Assembly: GCA_002104905.1 (NCBI GenBank)
Contig: MCFE01000378.1
Location: 1-64,000, forward strand
Direction: 5' to 3'
DNA: 64,000 nt
DNA from: Basidiobolus meristosporus CBS 931.73
Lineage: Eukaryota > Fungi > Basidiobolomycota
Under the pieces are notes generated by a model. The model was given only the letters and a program-made list of their open reading frames with translations, was not told the DNA's origin and ran no database searches. The translations under genes and the position numbers were made by a program. This document shows positions 25,297 through 39,058 of this stretch, in pieces (position 1 is the first letter of the stretch; every line of letters starts with the position of its first letter).

Positions 25297-27744
25297 GTTG
25301 GTTGTTTCGGTTTACGAGAAAAGGGCTCAACAGTCTTGGCTCCTCGGTACTAAGGAGTAGAGAGTAAACAATGGGGGGCTGCCTGACAAAGATCGGGAGT
25401 AGAATGGAAGAGCTTACAAAGTCAAACTTGCCAATGAATGGGCTTTCAATTTATATTCGAGTGCTTGGAATTTCGCCGCTATACCAAACAATTGTGACGG
25501 CCCATCTTTTCCAACTGGAAAAACTGTATAGTTCAGCCGCGGAATTCTGATTGGTACGAGGCTGACTGGTTTGCTGAGGCCGAGAGTTTATCCTTGCAGG
25601 CTAGTTTTATCTCAAATCAAGAAATAACCGAGTAGTAATTACTAAGACAAACACGACAAACATGAGAAATATCTGGCTCCATTTCAATTCTACAGCCCCT
25701 ATTAGCTCAAAGCTATATAATCCTCTGATTCTATCAACAAATCTCTCGAGCGATGGCTCACGATAGGGATTTAAACTGTTTTGGGTATGAGCTTGGTAAA
25801 TCATAAGGAAGCTGCTGCTCTCTATGATACACCAACCCAGTCGCTCTCCAAGAAAGGAAGGCCGACGAAATCACGTTCACCATGAGATTTGACCAATGGG
25901 TTGGCGAGAAGCGATGCGGTACCTGCAAAAACAGCTAGCAATTTGGGAAAGGTCACAGAGTGGTTGCCTCATATCTAGGTCACCCACTATCTACATCATT
26001 GCCCATTAGCGAAAAAATGGATTTAACCAATCATTGGTCGTTGGAGAGGATGTTTTTAGTCTAGTGCATAGGATTCAATTGACTCAAGGTGGTGACACGG
26101 CCCACTCTACAGTTTAGATTGGGAACAGAAATAAAAGCAAATCATAAATGGATCAAAAACCCTGGAGAAGTCTCAAGCTGTGCCTTCCTCATTTTTTTCT
26201 ATTAGACATATCTAACATATCCGCAATTTCCATATCTCAATGGACCTTGGCTCTAACTCCCAGCAACTTCAGCAGAGTTGCGCCGAATAACTCTTATATA
26301 CACTTGGCTTACAGGCACAACCACTGCCTTGTAAATTTACTGTCTTAGCTAGGGTGCCGTGGGTTAGCCAAGCATTTGTAGCCACCAAACTATTTGTTGT
26401 GAGTCTTGATTGCTCCACCCTTAGATATAGGCTTTAGGAGTGGGTGTGGGCCTTCACAATATCACAGGTTACAGTATACTATCAGAAAACCCTATGATTA
26501 TGCTAAAAGGTGATGGGTGGGTTTAGAGTTACCAGCATACTGGCTAAGGAGCAGGAGACAACAACCTATGTAACACAAGGACTTACTCTATGCCCGAAGA
26601 AAACCAATGCCAGGATTATGTAGCATTCTATTAAAGGACGTAAAGCAAATCTATCTCCACGAAAGCCGAGCTTTTTTGGTGCATCTGCTAAAATTGGAGG
26701 GTGTCCGGCATCTACAGACCCATTGTTGAAACAACCAGCGTCATTGTATGAAAATAACCCTCAGAAAACTGGATTCCATCAAAATCACTTACGCAACCAT
26801 GAGACGCCTATACTGTGAGGATTGATTTGAAGACTAATGCTTAGCTTCTGGAATGAATTGCTCGATTCCAGTTTTCTGAACCGTTGCTTTTTCAGATCAG
26901 AAAGATGATTCGCCTTGTGCTGATGTATGTTTCAAACAATGTACTTTGAAATGTGGATGTACGGCATTGGCAATTAGGCTTCAGAAACGACACCTCGTGA
27001 TTCACATGGCCGCAAGATGATTGGCGAATTAGTCTCATGTGAGGTGTGAAGAGCCAACGAGCTTCCTCGTTAGCATACTCCAAGCTGCGTAATTTGCTGA
27101 TATGCAAGATAAGTTGAAACCTAATAGCATTCTATCAAAGAGTTTTGGTCACATAGTAGAGATACGTTCTAACATTGTCCGTGCATTATCTATGCATAAC
27201 AATTAGCTCGGAAGCAGGCCAAGCTGAATTTAAGTACGCACTTCCGATGATGGCTAAGGTCTGGTTATTTCACAAGCACCATATTGACTTGGGCCTCGTC
27301 TTCTCTTCATGCTACGATCCAACTCTTGCATACGACAGATACCTTTCCCAGCTTGTTGATCAAACTGCAAAGAGTACACGAATAGTTGGTGCTTGCGCAC
27401 CAGGTGTATGCACAAGAAATGGGGCCACCAAGAATAGTCGATATTTCCCTATGCAGAATAATCAGTCCTCTTTGTCATCCTAGCCAATCATCCTGTGTCC
27501 ACTGAAGATACGAGAGGCTCCCTAGTCTTAGAACACTAATTTTCCCTTAACTGGCTACCTCCGATCCAATCAGGTGGACTGGTTAGGATCTGGTGGACGG
27601 TAGGGAGGGGAAGATTCATCGCCTGTACAACCGTAATTGGCTGGCCTTGATCTAGTTTCATTACAACAGCCAAGTATTTAAGAGGAGGAAGGCATCCATG
27701 ACACATTCGCCAACTGCACACTTTTTCTTATCTAGTATCTTATA

Positions 27745-28011
27745 ATGGAAAATTATAGCAACGATTATCATAATAGCGACAATTGGCACGAGGACGGCTC
27801 TCTCACGCGCTCACTCTCCTCCATGCTAAAACCCTACATGTCGGAGGAGTCCCTGTCCGATATCGCCTTGGAGGGCCTTCGTGGCTCCTTATCCTCCTCG
27901 GATTTCTCCCAGTACAAGCATACTGATGTTGAGCCAGAAGAAGAGGAGAAGACCACATCCAATCTGGATATCTTTCTTGTTTTAACCCTTGGAGCCGCTC
28001 TTTTGCTCTAG
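27745..28011 (+). CDS. Small acidic/Ser-rich protein ending in a hydrophobic tail
   Basis: ATG in A/T-rich context, biased composition, ends IFLVLTLGAALLL*; no family recognised. Confidence 0.4.
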   Translation: MENYSNDYHNSDNWHEDGSLTRSLSSMLKPYMSEESLSDIALEGLRGSLSSSDFSQYKHTDVEPEEEEKTTSNLDIFLVLTLGAALLL

Positions 28012-28989
28012 AAGGCCGACTTCACCAAGTTATCTCTATCTGAATATCTCAATATTTGGTTCTGTACATACCTCTAAACTATCCGTGCTTTCTCAAATTC
28101 ATCAAACTTAACTCATTAAACTTGCTAATAGCTAAATCCGATGGCATTCGGATTTACCTTTATATCCAAGTAGTAAACAATGATGCCACAAGGTTGAGTT
28201 CTGGTCAACTTTGTGAACTATGGCTGTTGGCGGTGATGAGAGGTTGAGGAGTATATATCTCCCAACCACGGTGATTCATGTTTGATTTATGACAATTGGA
28301 CCTTTGTCACCAACTTGCTTCTTGTTTTCAACACCTCCAACGCTTCGGCTGGTCGAAGCACTTCTACGTGCCGACTGTTATCATCTCTGGTGAGGGCAAT
28401 GGAAAACAAATATCAAGGTAGATGATATTGGTGTAACAAAACCGCTCGTTCGCCTATATCGTGCAATGTGGGACTAGAAGATTTTCTGCTCGCTGATTCA
28501 TCTGGTCCATTGGCATCAAACATGGTCTATAATCTCTGGTGTCATGACAATTCTCATGGCCAAATGTGGTAGTCGAGCTCATATAAATGGTGAATGGTTA
28601 ATGGTCCAAGGTAATAATTTGAGTTTATTTTGGGTTGCAGGCCAATTAGAACCTGACCAAATGCTCGTAATTTGATATGGGTTTCTATTTAAATACGCTT
28701 GTCTTTTCCCCAGGTATCATAATACTAATTTTAGCTGCCTGATCTCATATTGATCCAATGATATCATTGATAGTCTCTGTATGATTCGTATTTAGAGCAC
28801 AATATAACAGTGTGAGCAAGTCATCCAGAAATATTTTATTGCTTCTTGCAAGTTGACCAAGCTCAACAGAGTCAGTGATACAGTCGGTACTTGAGATATT
28901 CGGGGCAGAATCTATTCCAACTCAGTATTGGAGGTTGGGTTCAATTAATTCACTTTGACCAGGGCGACTGAAAATCGCGGCATGCTACC

Positions 28990-31900
28990 ATGACCACACT
29001 TGATACTGCCAAAAATTATTCGTCAACTATCGTTGGTGTTGGGACACAGCTAGCGCTTACAACTGCCGTTTCAGCATTCAGTTTTGCAGCATTTGAGGTC
29101 CATCGACGGTGGAAATTAACAAAGCATCTCTATATAAATAGGTGTACTTTAGAAAAGTCAGCAATTTCAACTATTTTTTCAAGCGTCCCACTCTCGTTAA
29201 CCTGAATCTATTATTGTTTTTGAAACTTTTAGGAACCCGAGTCCACTTCCTTCAGAAGCTCCTTTCGGCTGGATATGGACAACCATGACTTTGAACGAGG
29301 AGTTCTACTTGTCACATGTCGGTCTAGATGCTGCAATGTACATACGATATCTTAAAATGGCTTTTCAGCTAATGTTATTTAGTTCCATAATTATTGGCTC
29401 GATAGTACTGCCGTTAAATTTTTTTGCTCAGGAAACGACCTTAAACCAGATAGAGAAAGTGTCCATAGGCAACATACCGGTGGGATCCAAAATGCTTTGG
29501 GTGCACTGGATTATGACCCATTTTTTCTCATTTTATGTTCTCTATCTATTGTACAAAAACAGCAAAGATCAGGCTTTCCTTCGCATTCAGTATCTGCAAT
29601 CTCAGGCTCGGAAAGGATGCATCCATACCCGTACCGTAATGGTCACTCACATCCCGGAAACGCTTAGACACGAGCAGCGGTTAAGGGTGTACTTCGACAG
29701 CCTGGGCGCCGGAAATGTAGAGTCGGTTGTTTTTGTTCGACGGGTTAGCAAACTCACCCGTAAAATCAAAAGAAGAAACGAGGCACTGAAGCAATTGGAG
29801 CGCTGTCACCAGAGATTGGCTCGCGGTTTGATTGACGATCTGAAGAGCAAAGGTATTCGAGCATTCGATCATTATGATCTTACTTCCGAAAAAAGCAGCA
29901 AGCTTGGCGAGATTGTGAGCAAGATTTTACCGTTAGTTGAAAACAAGAGGCAGTCAAAGAGGTCACCTTTACCCACGATCAACCTAGAAGGTACATATCC
30001 AGACTTGTGGGAGTTGATATGTCGAATTGATCGCGTGCTTCTCGACAAATACCAAACCAAACACAACCTGGGGGTTTTTCATACTGGGCCACCGGTAGTG
30101 ACCATAGATTATATGTTGAAGAGATTCAACAAGCTCGAGCACCGAGTAGCAGAGTTGCGGTCCTTGACTGAGAGTGCCAGCTACTATAAGCCCACTAGCA
30201 CCGCCTTTTTGACATTCGAAACACAGGTCTCCGCCCAGTTGTGCGCCCAAAGCATTGTATCTTCGAAGCCGGAAACTTGCCACACGAAAATGGCACCGGA
30301 GCCTCGAGATCTGTTATGGTCCAATCTAACATATAACTCCCAACACAAACTTTTACGGAGATTTCTGGTCAACTGTAGTGTGTGGTAAGTCAACGTAGCA
30401 ATACTTTCATGGTTGAAGGTGAGATTAACCTGGCTCTGATCAAGGGCTCTGACTATCTTGTGGCTCTTCCCATCCACATACTTTGTTAGTTTTGCGTCTT
30501 ACAACAAGGTCGTTGAGAAATTGCCTTGGATAAAGATCATTGAAACGGGAAGCCCTTGGATCAAGAACCTGATTGAAACCATGCTTCCATCCATCTTAAT
30601 ATCGCTCTTCATGATTGCAATGCCAAATATAATACTAGGTAAAGTACATCTCTGGCCGGATGTGTATGCCTCCAGCGAGTGGGTTTTGAATGACATTTTG
30701 CTTTCTATGTACAGGAATCTCCTCCTTTGAGAGCTTTCCATCTTATTCTCAACTAGAGATGGCGTCCATTAATCGTTATTACCGCTTTGCGATTTTCAAT
30801 GTTCTATTCGTGTTTCTTTTGGGATTTGCATTCATTGATGTAATCCTCGCCGTCATTCAATCGCCTACGAGTATTGTTGAAGTTTTGGCTAATAACATCC
30901 CCAAGGTACCGTTTATATGCCATGACTATAGAATATTAACCATCCAGCCTAACAAACTTGGAACTCTAGGGCGCAGCGTTCTTTATTAATTACGTTATTC
31001 TTCAAACATGCTCTCATGGGCTTGAGATCCTTCAAGTAGGGGCGCCTTTGTTTCATTGCTACGCTTTTGCCAATTCTTGGGTTTGTAAAACACCTCGTGA
31101 ATTGCAAACCCGTCGAAAGCCATGGGCATTTCCTTACTACTATTATCTTCCGATGCACCTCCTGATCCTTGTCATCTGCATCACCTATTCCATTATCAAT
31201 CCGCTGATCCTGTTTTTCGGCGCGATATATTTTGGAATCGCGCTAGTGGTGTACAAATATCAGTTTGCGTACGCCTACGTTAAATCTTACGAAGCAAATG
31301 GGAAGATCTGGAAGTACATCTTTCGCTACATAAGTCATGGGCTTGTTATTTTCCAGCTGACCATGTTAGGAGTCATTTCGTTGAGGAATTCATTTGTATC
31401 TGGAATGACGTTGATCCCTCTACTTGGGTGCACTATATATTTTGTTTATTACTGCCAGAGCACCTATCGTGAGCATACGAAATACGTACCTCTGGACGCT
31501 CTATACGAGCGTGAGGAAGCCATGGAAATGATGCATTCTAATACTATTCAGTCCGCTACCACATGCACTGAGAATGGGTCCTCAAGCTCGTCAGATCCTG
31601 GAAAGCAAAAATCTGTCATGACTTTACAGAGCCCAGTCACACCCACCTCACCCTTGGAAAATCGAGAACATCATCGTTCATACAAAGAGAAACAGGCCGA
31701 AAATGAGGATTCCAGCATCCCTGGTATATCTGTACCCAAACGTCGGAGGCGCTACCCTGGTGATTTTGGCAAAATGTCTGCTGCAGGCACCTATCCTTCA
31801 CTACCCGACAGCCCATACAGTTATAAGCATTTCGACTATAATGCTAAATCACCAGTGAAGCAAAAACTTCTCAAAATCCAAAACCAGATATTCTCCAATC

Positions 31901-32610
31901 CACTCCTTTCGCTCCTGTGGCAACCAACCAACGACCAAGTCAATTGTATCGACGGTGGCCCCAGCGACCCTCGAGAGGTGTTGCCCATCTCCGTTCTTCC
32001 AAATCGAGAAACTCACCAAGATGACACTAATCCATTCGAGACGTACCTTCATCCTGATCTAATAAGGCCCCTACCCCGCTCTCTTTGGCTTCCACGAAAC
32101 CCTTATCGCCATCTCTATGATCTAGATAATGAAGTGCGCGATCTGGATGCGGCCATCACGTCCTCCACATTTGTGCCATCAACCATGGGAGGTGATTCTA
32201 CACTTGGATTTGGAGAACGCACAGTTCCCGCCATTCGTCGAAATCATCCCTCTCGAGAGACCCATACTGGTAGCAAGCTTCCTGCTCTTTTCAACTCCGT
32301 TCGCTCCGTCGCAGCCAGATCTATCATCACTCAGCGATCATTTGAAGTTTCGAAGTTGCGAGGGGAGCCGTCAGATGCATCCGGATCCACGGTGACTAGC
32401 AAGAGCAGACCAGCCTCTGGGCTGATTAATTTACTTCGAACATTCTCGTCCAAAGCATCTCTGGAGAATGTAAACGCAAGCAGAACACGGTCGATCAATT
32501 TGACCGAGTTTCCCGAGCATTACAGTGACGGCCCACTTAGTGAATACGGCTCCAAGATTGAGGAGAACTATTCGCCGAGAAGCTCCATTTCGAGTGGAAG
32601 GAGCGTATAG
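28990..32610 (+). CDS. CSC1/OSCA/TMEM63 (RSN1/PHM7-like) osmosensitive Ca2+-permeable channel, multi-exon
   Basis: GLDAAMYIRYLKM, IVLPLNF, LWVH, TRTVMVTHIP, TAFLTFETQVSAQLCAQ, APEPRDLLWSNL, YSIINPLIL, YKYQFAYAY, HPDL..PLP..LWLP. Confidence 0.94.
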
Positions 32611-33172
32611 TTTGATAGCCCGGGCGTCAGCCTATCCACCCTCATATTCTTGGGAGCCTTAGAGACTTTTAAATATTGACCATTGTAAAGTATAACGGGG
32701 GGAGTGAATCCAGTTTTTCGCATTTATGTAGTCAGTAATCATTTTTGGAGCTTAATAAATGTATCATCTAATATATTCCCCCTGTCGACCAAAACAACTT
32801 TGTCTAAGCCTCATCACCCTTCGCTTGATGACTAGCCTTGCATGTCGGAATCACCAAGAGCCACCAGTTCGCAACGGCAATAACTAGTCTCTGCTGACAT
32901 CATTCCATGGGGTGTACTGGACAACTCCACTAAGTACCTGTTGAAGATGGCAACAAGACTATTCAGGTTGTTATGTGAATTAACCACCCACCATACGTGG
33001 TAACTACGGTTACCATATATGCATCACCGACTCTGTGATGCACCCATATAGCAATTAGGTTCCACACAGCGGTTTCAGTCGAATTGGTCTTGAAAAAGAA
33101 GAGCTTCCGATTCCTGAGTGCATCCAGGCATAGGGTTTTTAGTACTGCGTATTCATTTCTCCTTCGATTGTC

Positions 33173-34666
33173 ATGACTTCTGAGATATCGGTCTTCACTC
33201 TTAACTGCTGGTAATGTCCTTTTCGGAACAGGGCCTCAATTTCTACGCCCTAGGTCTTCTTCATGGTTGTGCTAAAGAAGGCCTTTTTTTAGGGGCCTCA
33301 AGTTCGTCTCGCAAAAACGGCGTCAGCGCCTGAATGCGATTGCGCAACATCTGGCGGAATCTGAGTACGACATAGTGGGTCTTCAGGAGGTATGGGTCTT
33401 CGAAGATTTCGAGATGATCCGTCGAGTCGTGTCGGAAGTTCTCCCCTACGCTCGCTTCTTCCACACTGGAGTGTTTGGAGCTGGGTTGGCGATCTTTTCG
33501 AAATTCCCCATCGTGAACGCATTTGCAAGACCATACTCCCTCAACGGAAACCCCCTCAAAATCCTCCAAGGGGACTGGTATGTCGCCAAGGCGGTTGCTT
33601 GTTGCCACCTTTCACATCCCACGGCCGGGGTAATCGAAGTGTACAACACTCACGTATGGCTTTTTCCCGCCACTTTCCACCCCACAGCCAAGGTACTAAC
33701 TAGGACGACTTTAGCTAATAGCGCAGTACAGCAGCGAAGATGAGAATGCCTATCATCGTGCTGCTCAAGGCTGGGAGCTGAGCAGATTGCTAACCGAAGC
33801 GGCGAGAAATGGGAATCACATCATTGCCGTACGTATATCATCACCTTTAGTTGCTTTCCGGTCCACTCACGCCTTTCCCTTCGATGCAGCTGGGCGACTA
33901 CAACAGTATCCCCGATAACCTGGTAATCAACATGTTGAAAAACTACGCCGGCTTGACCGACTCTTGGGATCAAATGTGCGGAGTCAAAACGCGTGGCACC
34001 TCTTACAACCCCAATCTGAGTGTGGAGGATATTGTGCGAATGAATGGGTTGACGTGCGATGTTCCATCCAACACATTCACCAAGCAAAAGCTCAAACAGC
34101 AAATGACGAATCAGATGCCTGGCGAACGCTTGGACTACATCTTTTATTCGCAGAGTCCCTACTTCCGATGCAAAGATTCCCAGGTTTGCCTCACCGGACT
34201 GGCGCCTGGACTTCAGTGCTCATACTCGGATCACTTCGCCGTGGTTTCCCAGTTCGAGATATCCAACAAAGCCTCCGGTGTAGAAGTGGAGTGTCTCGAC
34301 GCCCATGTGGAGCCCAATGAGGGGCCCGGAGATTCCGACAAAGAGGTGAATCTGATAGAGGCGCTGTTGCATCTGGTTTGGGCTGGATTAAACAATTCCC
34401 ACCAACGTCGCAACGGGTATTACTGGAGGTTTTGGATCTCTTTCACTGCGCTGATCGTTCTCTACTTGGTCACGGTCATCGCACAGCCCGTGTCCTGGGT
34501 GATAGCACTCTTGAACCTTCTGCTGCTGGCGCTAGCTTTGTATGCATTCACCTTCTTCCTGGTGTCGATCCTCTACGCCCGACAGGAAGATGGGGCCTTC
34601 CGTAGGATATTCGAAGACGTGGATACCGTGAAAAATGTCGCCAACTCTGTTCATATCTCCATGTAA
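33173..34666 (+). CDS. ISC1: Inositol phosphosphingolipid phospholipase C / neutral sphingomyelinase, multi-exon
   Basis: TLNCWGLKFVS, DIVGLQEVW, GLAIFSKFPI, GDWYVAK, NTH, GDYNS, GERLDYIF, SDHFAV, two C-terminal TM helices. Confidence 0.93.
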
Positions 34667-35062
34667 ACTCTGTCTTTTGACTATACCGTTACTCACAAAT
34701 ACCGAAGCTTTGCTCTCAATACCTTCAGGGCTCGCAGCACATCAATAAAATGGATTTCTCCCACATCATAGTATAGATGCTGAGTGGGTCACGGGCTGCT
34801 TACACCCATGTCACGGCGGTGCACACCCCTCAACAACAGACCGCTGTGTATATATATATATGCACACGGATAAACGTTGAGCGCGGGGTAGTATATGAGA
34901 GCGAATGCTGGTGTCTCAGCCAACGACTGAGAATATCTGGCGGTTGATCAAGATGTTGATGTTTATTAGTGTTCTAGGTTCTATGGATTATCAAGCACCG
35001 TGATGAGGAGAGGACGTTCAGATTTCTTTCGTTGAATTCAGTGTTCTAGGTGATCGCGGTAT

Positions 35063-35995
35063 CTACTCGGATTTCTTAAACTTGGTCACGAACTCAAGGA
35101 AGGCCTTGCGACAATCAGCTTTTGTCGGCATGACATGGCTAGGGAGGCATGAGTTGCGTTAGATCAAGGTCCATGGGTGCCACACCACTTCATCCACTTA
35201 CCCTCCGGAATGCTTGACAACTACGGGATCAACAAAGCAGGTGGCCAACTCATCGCTTCTTTCTGCAAACCAAGGGAACGATTAGAGCGGGCCCCACTGC
35301 GGGATGCTTGGGCGCCACTTACCTGGAGAAATGATTCCATCGGCTTCTCCGGAGACGATCATGCTTGGGACATCTATGATCTGATCGTAGTAAGCGTCGT
35401 GAGGAGCGTAGGGATACTTGAAACCAGCAAAGATCATGGCGAATTTGAATCTGGACTCTTCAGGGGATTCGTTCTTCGTCTGGCGAGCGCAAAGGAGAGA
35501 TACCAGGCCAGCACCTTGGCTGAATCCAAGAAGTCCGTCAAAAGGCCCCTAGGGTCATCAACAAGGTTAGATCGGGTACGAATTGCCGCAGCAACATGGC
35601 AAGATACATACATGGGTCTTCATATAATTCTCAACATATTCAATGGATTCATCAACTCCTTGGCAGTATTTCTTGGTTCCATCTTCAGCAGTGATGGGGG
35701 TGAACCAACCATAAATCTTGGGCTGCTCTTTCTCGGACGAATCTTCCTCCTTCTCGGGGGAATCGAAGGGCTCCACTTCGAATGGGGCATCTATATATAC
35801 TACATATGGAGTGTTAAGACCGGTACGAAAAGAAGCAGTCCGTTGGGTGGGCGCAACAGACGGTCAGATATCTCACTCACCAAGCTCAGCCAAATCATTC
35901 TTAAAAACCTTTCTCAGGTACTTGGTTTTGTAGGCGAAAATCTCGGCGGATTGAGCGTAGCCCTGAAGACAAAGGATGCGAATGGGTGCTGACAT
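35063..35995 (-). CDS. FSH1-family serine hydrolase (alpha/beta hydrolase), multi-exon
   Basis: Minus-strand translation by hand: MSAPIRILCLQGYAQSAEIF; GPFDGLLGFSQGAG (nucleophile elbow); MIVSGEADGII; missed as a long ORF because of introns. Confidence 0.85.
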
Positions 35996-37099
35996 GAGTA
36001 CTAACGGAAGAAAGCAAGATGGCTCCTAATGCGCCGCTCGACAACAGAACTAATTTATGGTGGTAATGACCAAATCGGCAGCAAGATTAGCCAGTTTTTT
36101 TTATTTCGAATTCCATATTCGTTCACTGTTTAGGTAGCTACCGAATGATGTTGATTCCGCATTCACCAGCACTCTTCGATGAGGTGATTATTCAGATCGA
36201 TTGGTTTCCGATTGCGATCAATGAATAACCAGGTATGGAAAGGCATGTGCTTCGGCACATCCATATCGATATATACCCTACAAACAGTCGATAAATGGAA
36301 ATCTGATGGACTTATTAGATTCCCTACCCCTATCCTTCTATACCAGGCTGGCGGTAATTCACATGTAGCGTAGTTGCGAGATTCAGACAACGGATGAACG
36401 CATTTATATGCAGATTAATAATCAAACGGTTTGTCTCGGATCCGGCTGATTCTGGCGGTTTGGTAGGCGTACGTGGCAAGCAAGCGACATTCTTCATTCC
36501 ATCCAATGTGGACCTCTCTATGTATCCTGTGTTGGTCTAGTGAGATCTATGCAGCAAGTGTGGTTAAATTTGTCATCAGACTTGGGCACGGCACAGGGAG
36601 GGATTACAACAAATGCTGGGATTGCCAGCAGTGCGTCTCGGAGCGGGAGTCTCGACACTGCACCTTTATGCAATTAAATAAATGGCACGTAGTTAACCGA
36701 AGTTGGGTATCGAAGTCCAAGTCTGGCTGGTTTGTTTAAAAACCATCTTTTCCACATATATTGCATTACGTTTATTATTTGAATATGTCGGATGCTTTAT
36801 TTGACCTTAGGTTGTCTATCCAGCTGAGTCTCCAGTTCGGTGTCTTTTTGTTCTGATGCTAGTTTATTGCCTGGTTATGGTCCTGGCATCATCACCATTT
36901 TTTCAGATAATGGGTATCCAAGGCTCACCACAATTTGATTAGATATATTATTCCACAAGTATGTCAAGGTCTTTTTCTGAACTACCTTATCTGCTTTAAG
37001 CATGGCCAGTTGTCCTACTTCTTTAAGTTCCACACCATGACATCTGTCTGGTGTGCTTTCTATTGGTTTGGGCTTGTCTATGCCAGTTAAAAGCTGTTT

Positions 37100-37444
37100 T
37101 GTTGTAAATTCTGTAATTGCACCTAAATATTCCCCTAACTTAGTTACCTAGATCATTACCTACAAATCTTAAAATATTCTGAGTAAATCCTGACAAGGAA
37201 TTTGGTCAGAATTCTCTAACCAAAATATCAGGTACACAGAATATGAAACTCATCAAAGCTGTCCAAACATACCCAAACTTTGCTCACATGTTCTTGGGAC
37301 CTTTTTAAGCATATTCTGCATATTTGAATGGCCAAGACCATATAGAAGAATAGATACTACTTTTACATTCAATAAATCATTAAGTGATAATCACATAATC
37401 TACTTGTCCTCCCAATCACTTCCAAAATCTCCAAAACTCTTACA
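37100..37444 (+). mobile_element. Solo LTR of the copia family; older, one end clipped, with an internal micro-inversion
   Basis: TGTTGTAAATTCTGTAATTGCACC start; colinear with the LTR at 49792-50138; ends CTCTTACA with no terminal ACA; no TSD recovered. Confidence 0.85.
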
Positions 37445-37450
37445 GTGGTA

Positions 37451-37736
37451 CCCCATGAAAAATCTCAGTTGGAATTCATTGGATTTTCAGCTGGTATTCA
37501 GCTGGTGTTTCTGCTTCAAATTTTTAGTTGCGATTTTGGTGGAAGTAATGAGCAGCTGATTACCAAATTTGGTATGAATGTTAGTTGGCCTAGTCTCCCC
37601 CTGGCAAGGATGTCTGCTTGTCTGCTGTGAAGCTAGTACCTGAGATATTGAGAGTTGTCACTTTTGGGAAAGTTGGAATTCAGCTGATATTATGATGGTA
37701 TTCTGCTGGCCTTGTCTTAATTTTTTTTATTAGGGA
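37451..37736. repeat. Second copy of the ~300 bp MITE-like repeat
   Basis: Aligns with 10082-10391, e.g. the shared run CTTGTCTGCTGTGAAGCTAGTACCTGAGATATTGAGAGTTGTCACTTTTG. Confidence 0.65.
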
Positions 37737-38087
37737 GTATTTAAGCTATAAGCCATGAATATACCCCCTATGGTATAGCATAGCAATTAGGTCATATTGG
37801 GTTATATTCTGGGAAACATCAAAACACTGGTGTTGCATGAGCCATCTTTTGAACCTTCGTAGTGTTCCCTATGACTATGTTTAGGTCTATAGTGTGAGTA
37901 GAACTAATGTCATACTCCTGCGAGACAAGGCAAGCAAAAAATCATTCTATTAATGCAATGCTTGAAAGTCTTACGTGTGTGCATTCAAAGAGAATATTGA
38001 ACTAAATTTATTGAGCCTTCAGACATGAAATACACATCCGCGAATTATTGAACAAACTCTATCCTGAGTAGCCCACAGGTCTTCTAC

Positions 38088-38758
38088 TTAGAATTGATCA
38101 ACAGTCATTTGCTTAGCAATATCAGTAATCTCTACAAATCTACGGAATTCTTCGAAGCTGATTTTACCATCGCCATCTTGGTCAGCTTCCATGATGGTTT
38201 TGTCGACAATTTGCTGCAACTGGTTATCCTTCAAGTTATTGCCAACCATCATTTTCAGCACCAAATAAAGCTCTCCGTTGGAAATGTACCCGTCACGATC
38301 CATGTCGTAAACCTTAAACGCATCTACAACAAAAGGAAGAGGAGTCTCGTTACATAAGGCACTCAGTGATGCTAAAACATACGCAGACTTACACCCAAGT
38401 TTCTCGGATTTATTCCCTTTGGCGCTGAACACGCTAAGGCCGTTAATGAATTCTTCAAAGTCAACATCACCACCACCATCTTCATCAAAGATGGCGATCA
38501 TACGATGGGCGAGTGGGTTATTGGCTATCTGAGGAATAGCCAAAAACTCATCTTTGTCAATCGAGCCGCTACCATCCTTGTCTAACTTTTGAAAACGTTT
38601 GTATAATCGTTGGATCTCCTCGGCGGTAACTAGAACGAAGCAATATATGGGTTATAAACAATTATCAGGAAGATTGAGAAAGGCTGGTATAGTCTTGTTG
38701 ACTTACAATTCGAGGAATTTACCATGCTATCTAGTTGAGCTGATTGAGCGTTACCCAT
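38088..38758 (-). CDS. CNB1: Calcineurin regulatory subunit B, 3 exons
   Basis: MGNAQS (myristoylation-type start); EF hands [52 protein letters not shown]; [11 protein letters not shown]. Confidence 0.98.
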
Positions 38759-39058
38759 AGTTTGAAGTCGGAGAGAGCTTACCCTTACGATTGAAACTGA
38801 ATCCTAGGGAACTATTTATCTCAGTGATCATATGGTCAAGCATCAAACCCTGTTTACCTATAGGTAGCATTAATTTGTTCCTCAGCGCAACCATAATAAT
38901 CATACCCCAACCTTAAATAAACTGGGAATTTATTGCTTAATAGTTGATTAAAATAAACAAGGCTCAATCTATTATGTCATTCCGTTCTTTGCTAATCATG
39001 TTCACGATGCTTCGCTTTGGTCGTGATAACTTATTAGCGTATTCGTCACATGAATTAA

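Noticed and set aside
34842-34870. Short hairpin around a (TA)n run between convergent genes
   Set aside because: Explained by a self-complementary microsatellite with a few flanking matches.
35177-35992. 271-aa plus-strand ORF
   Set aside because: Antisense shadow of the FSH-type hydrolase; it has no motif of its own.
38324-38392. In-frame, stop-free introns in CNB1 (69 bp) and the sugar porter (63 bp, 3258-3320)
   Set aside because: Canonical splice sites; a few 3n stop-free introns are expected by chance among dozens of short introns.
12494-38758. Flippase, arrestin, CSC1, ISC1 and calcineurin B as a membrane/Ca2+ signalling cluster
   Set aside because: Common housekeeping genes interspersed with unrelated ones; no evidence of co-regulation.
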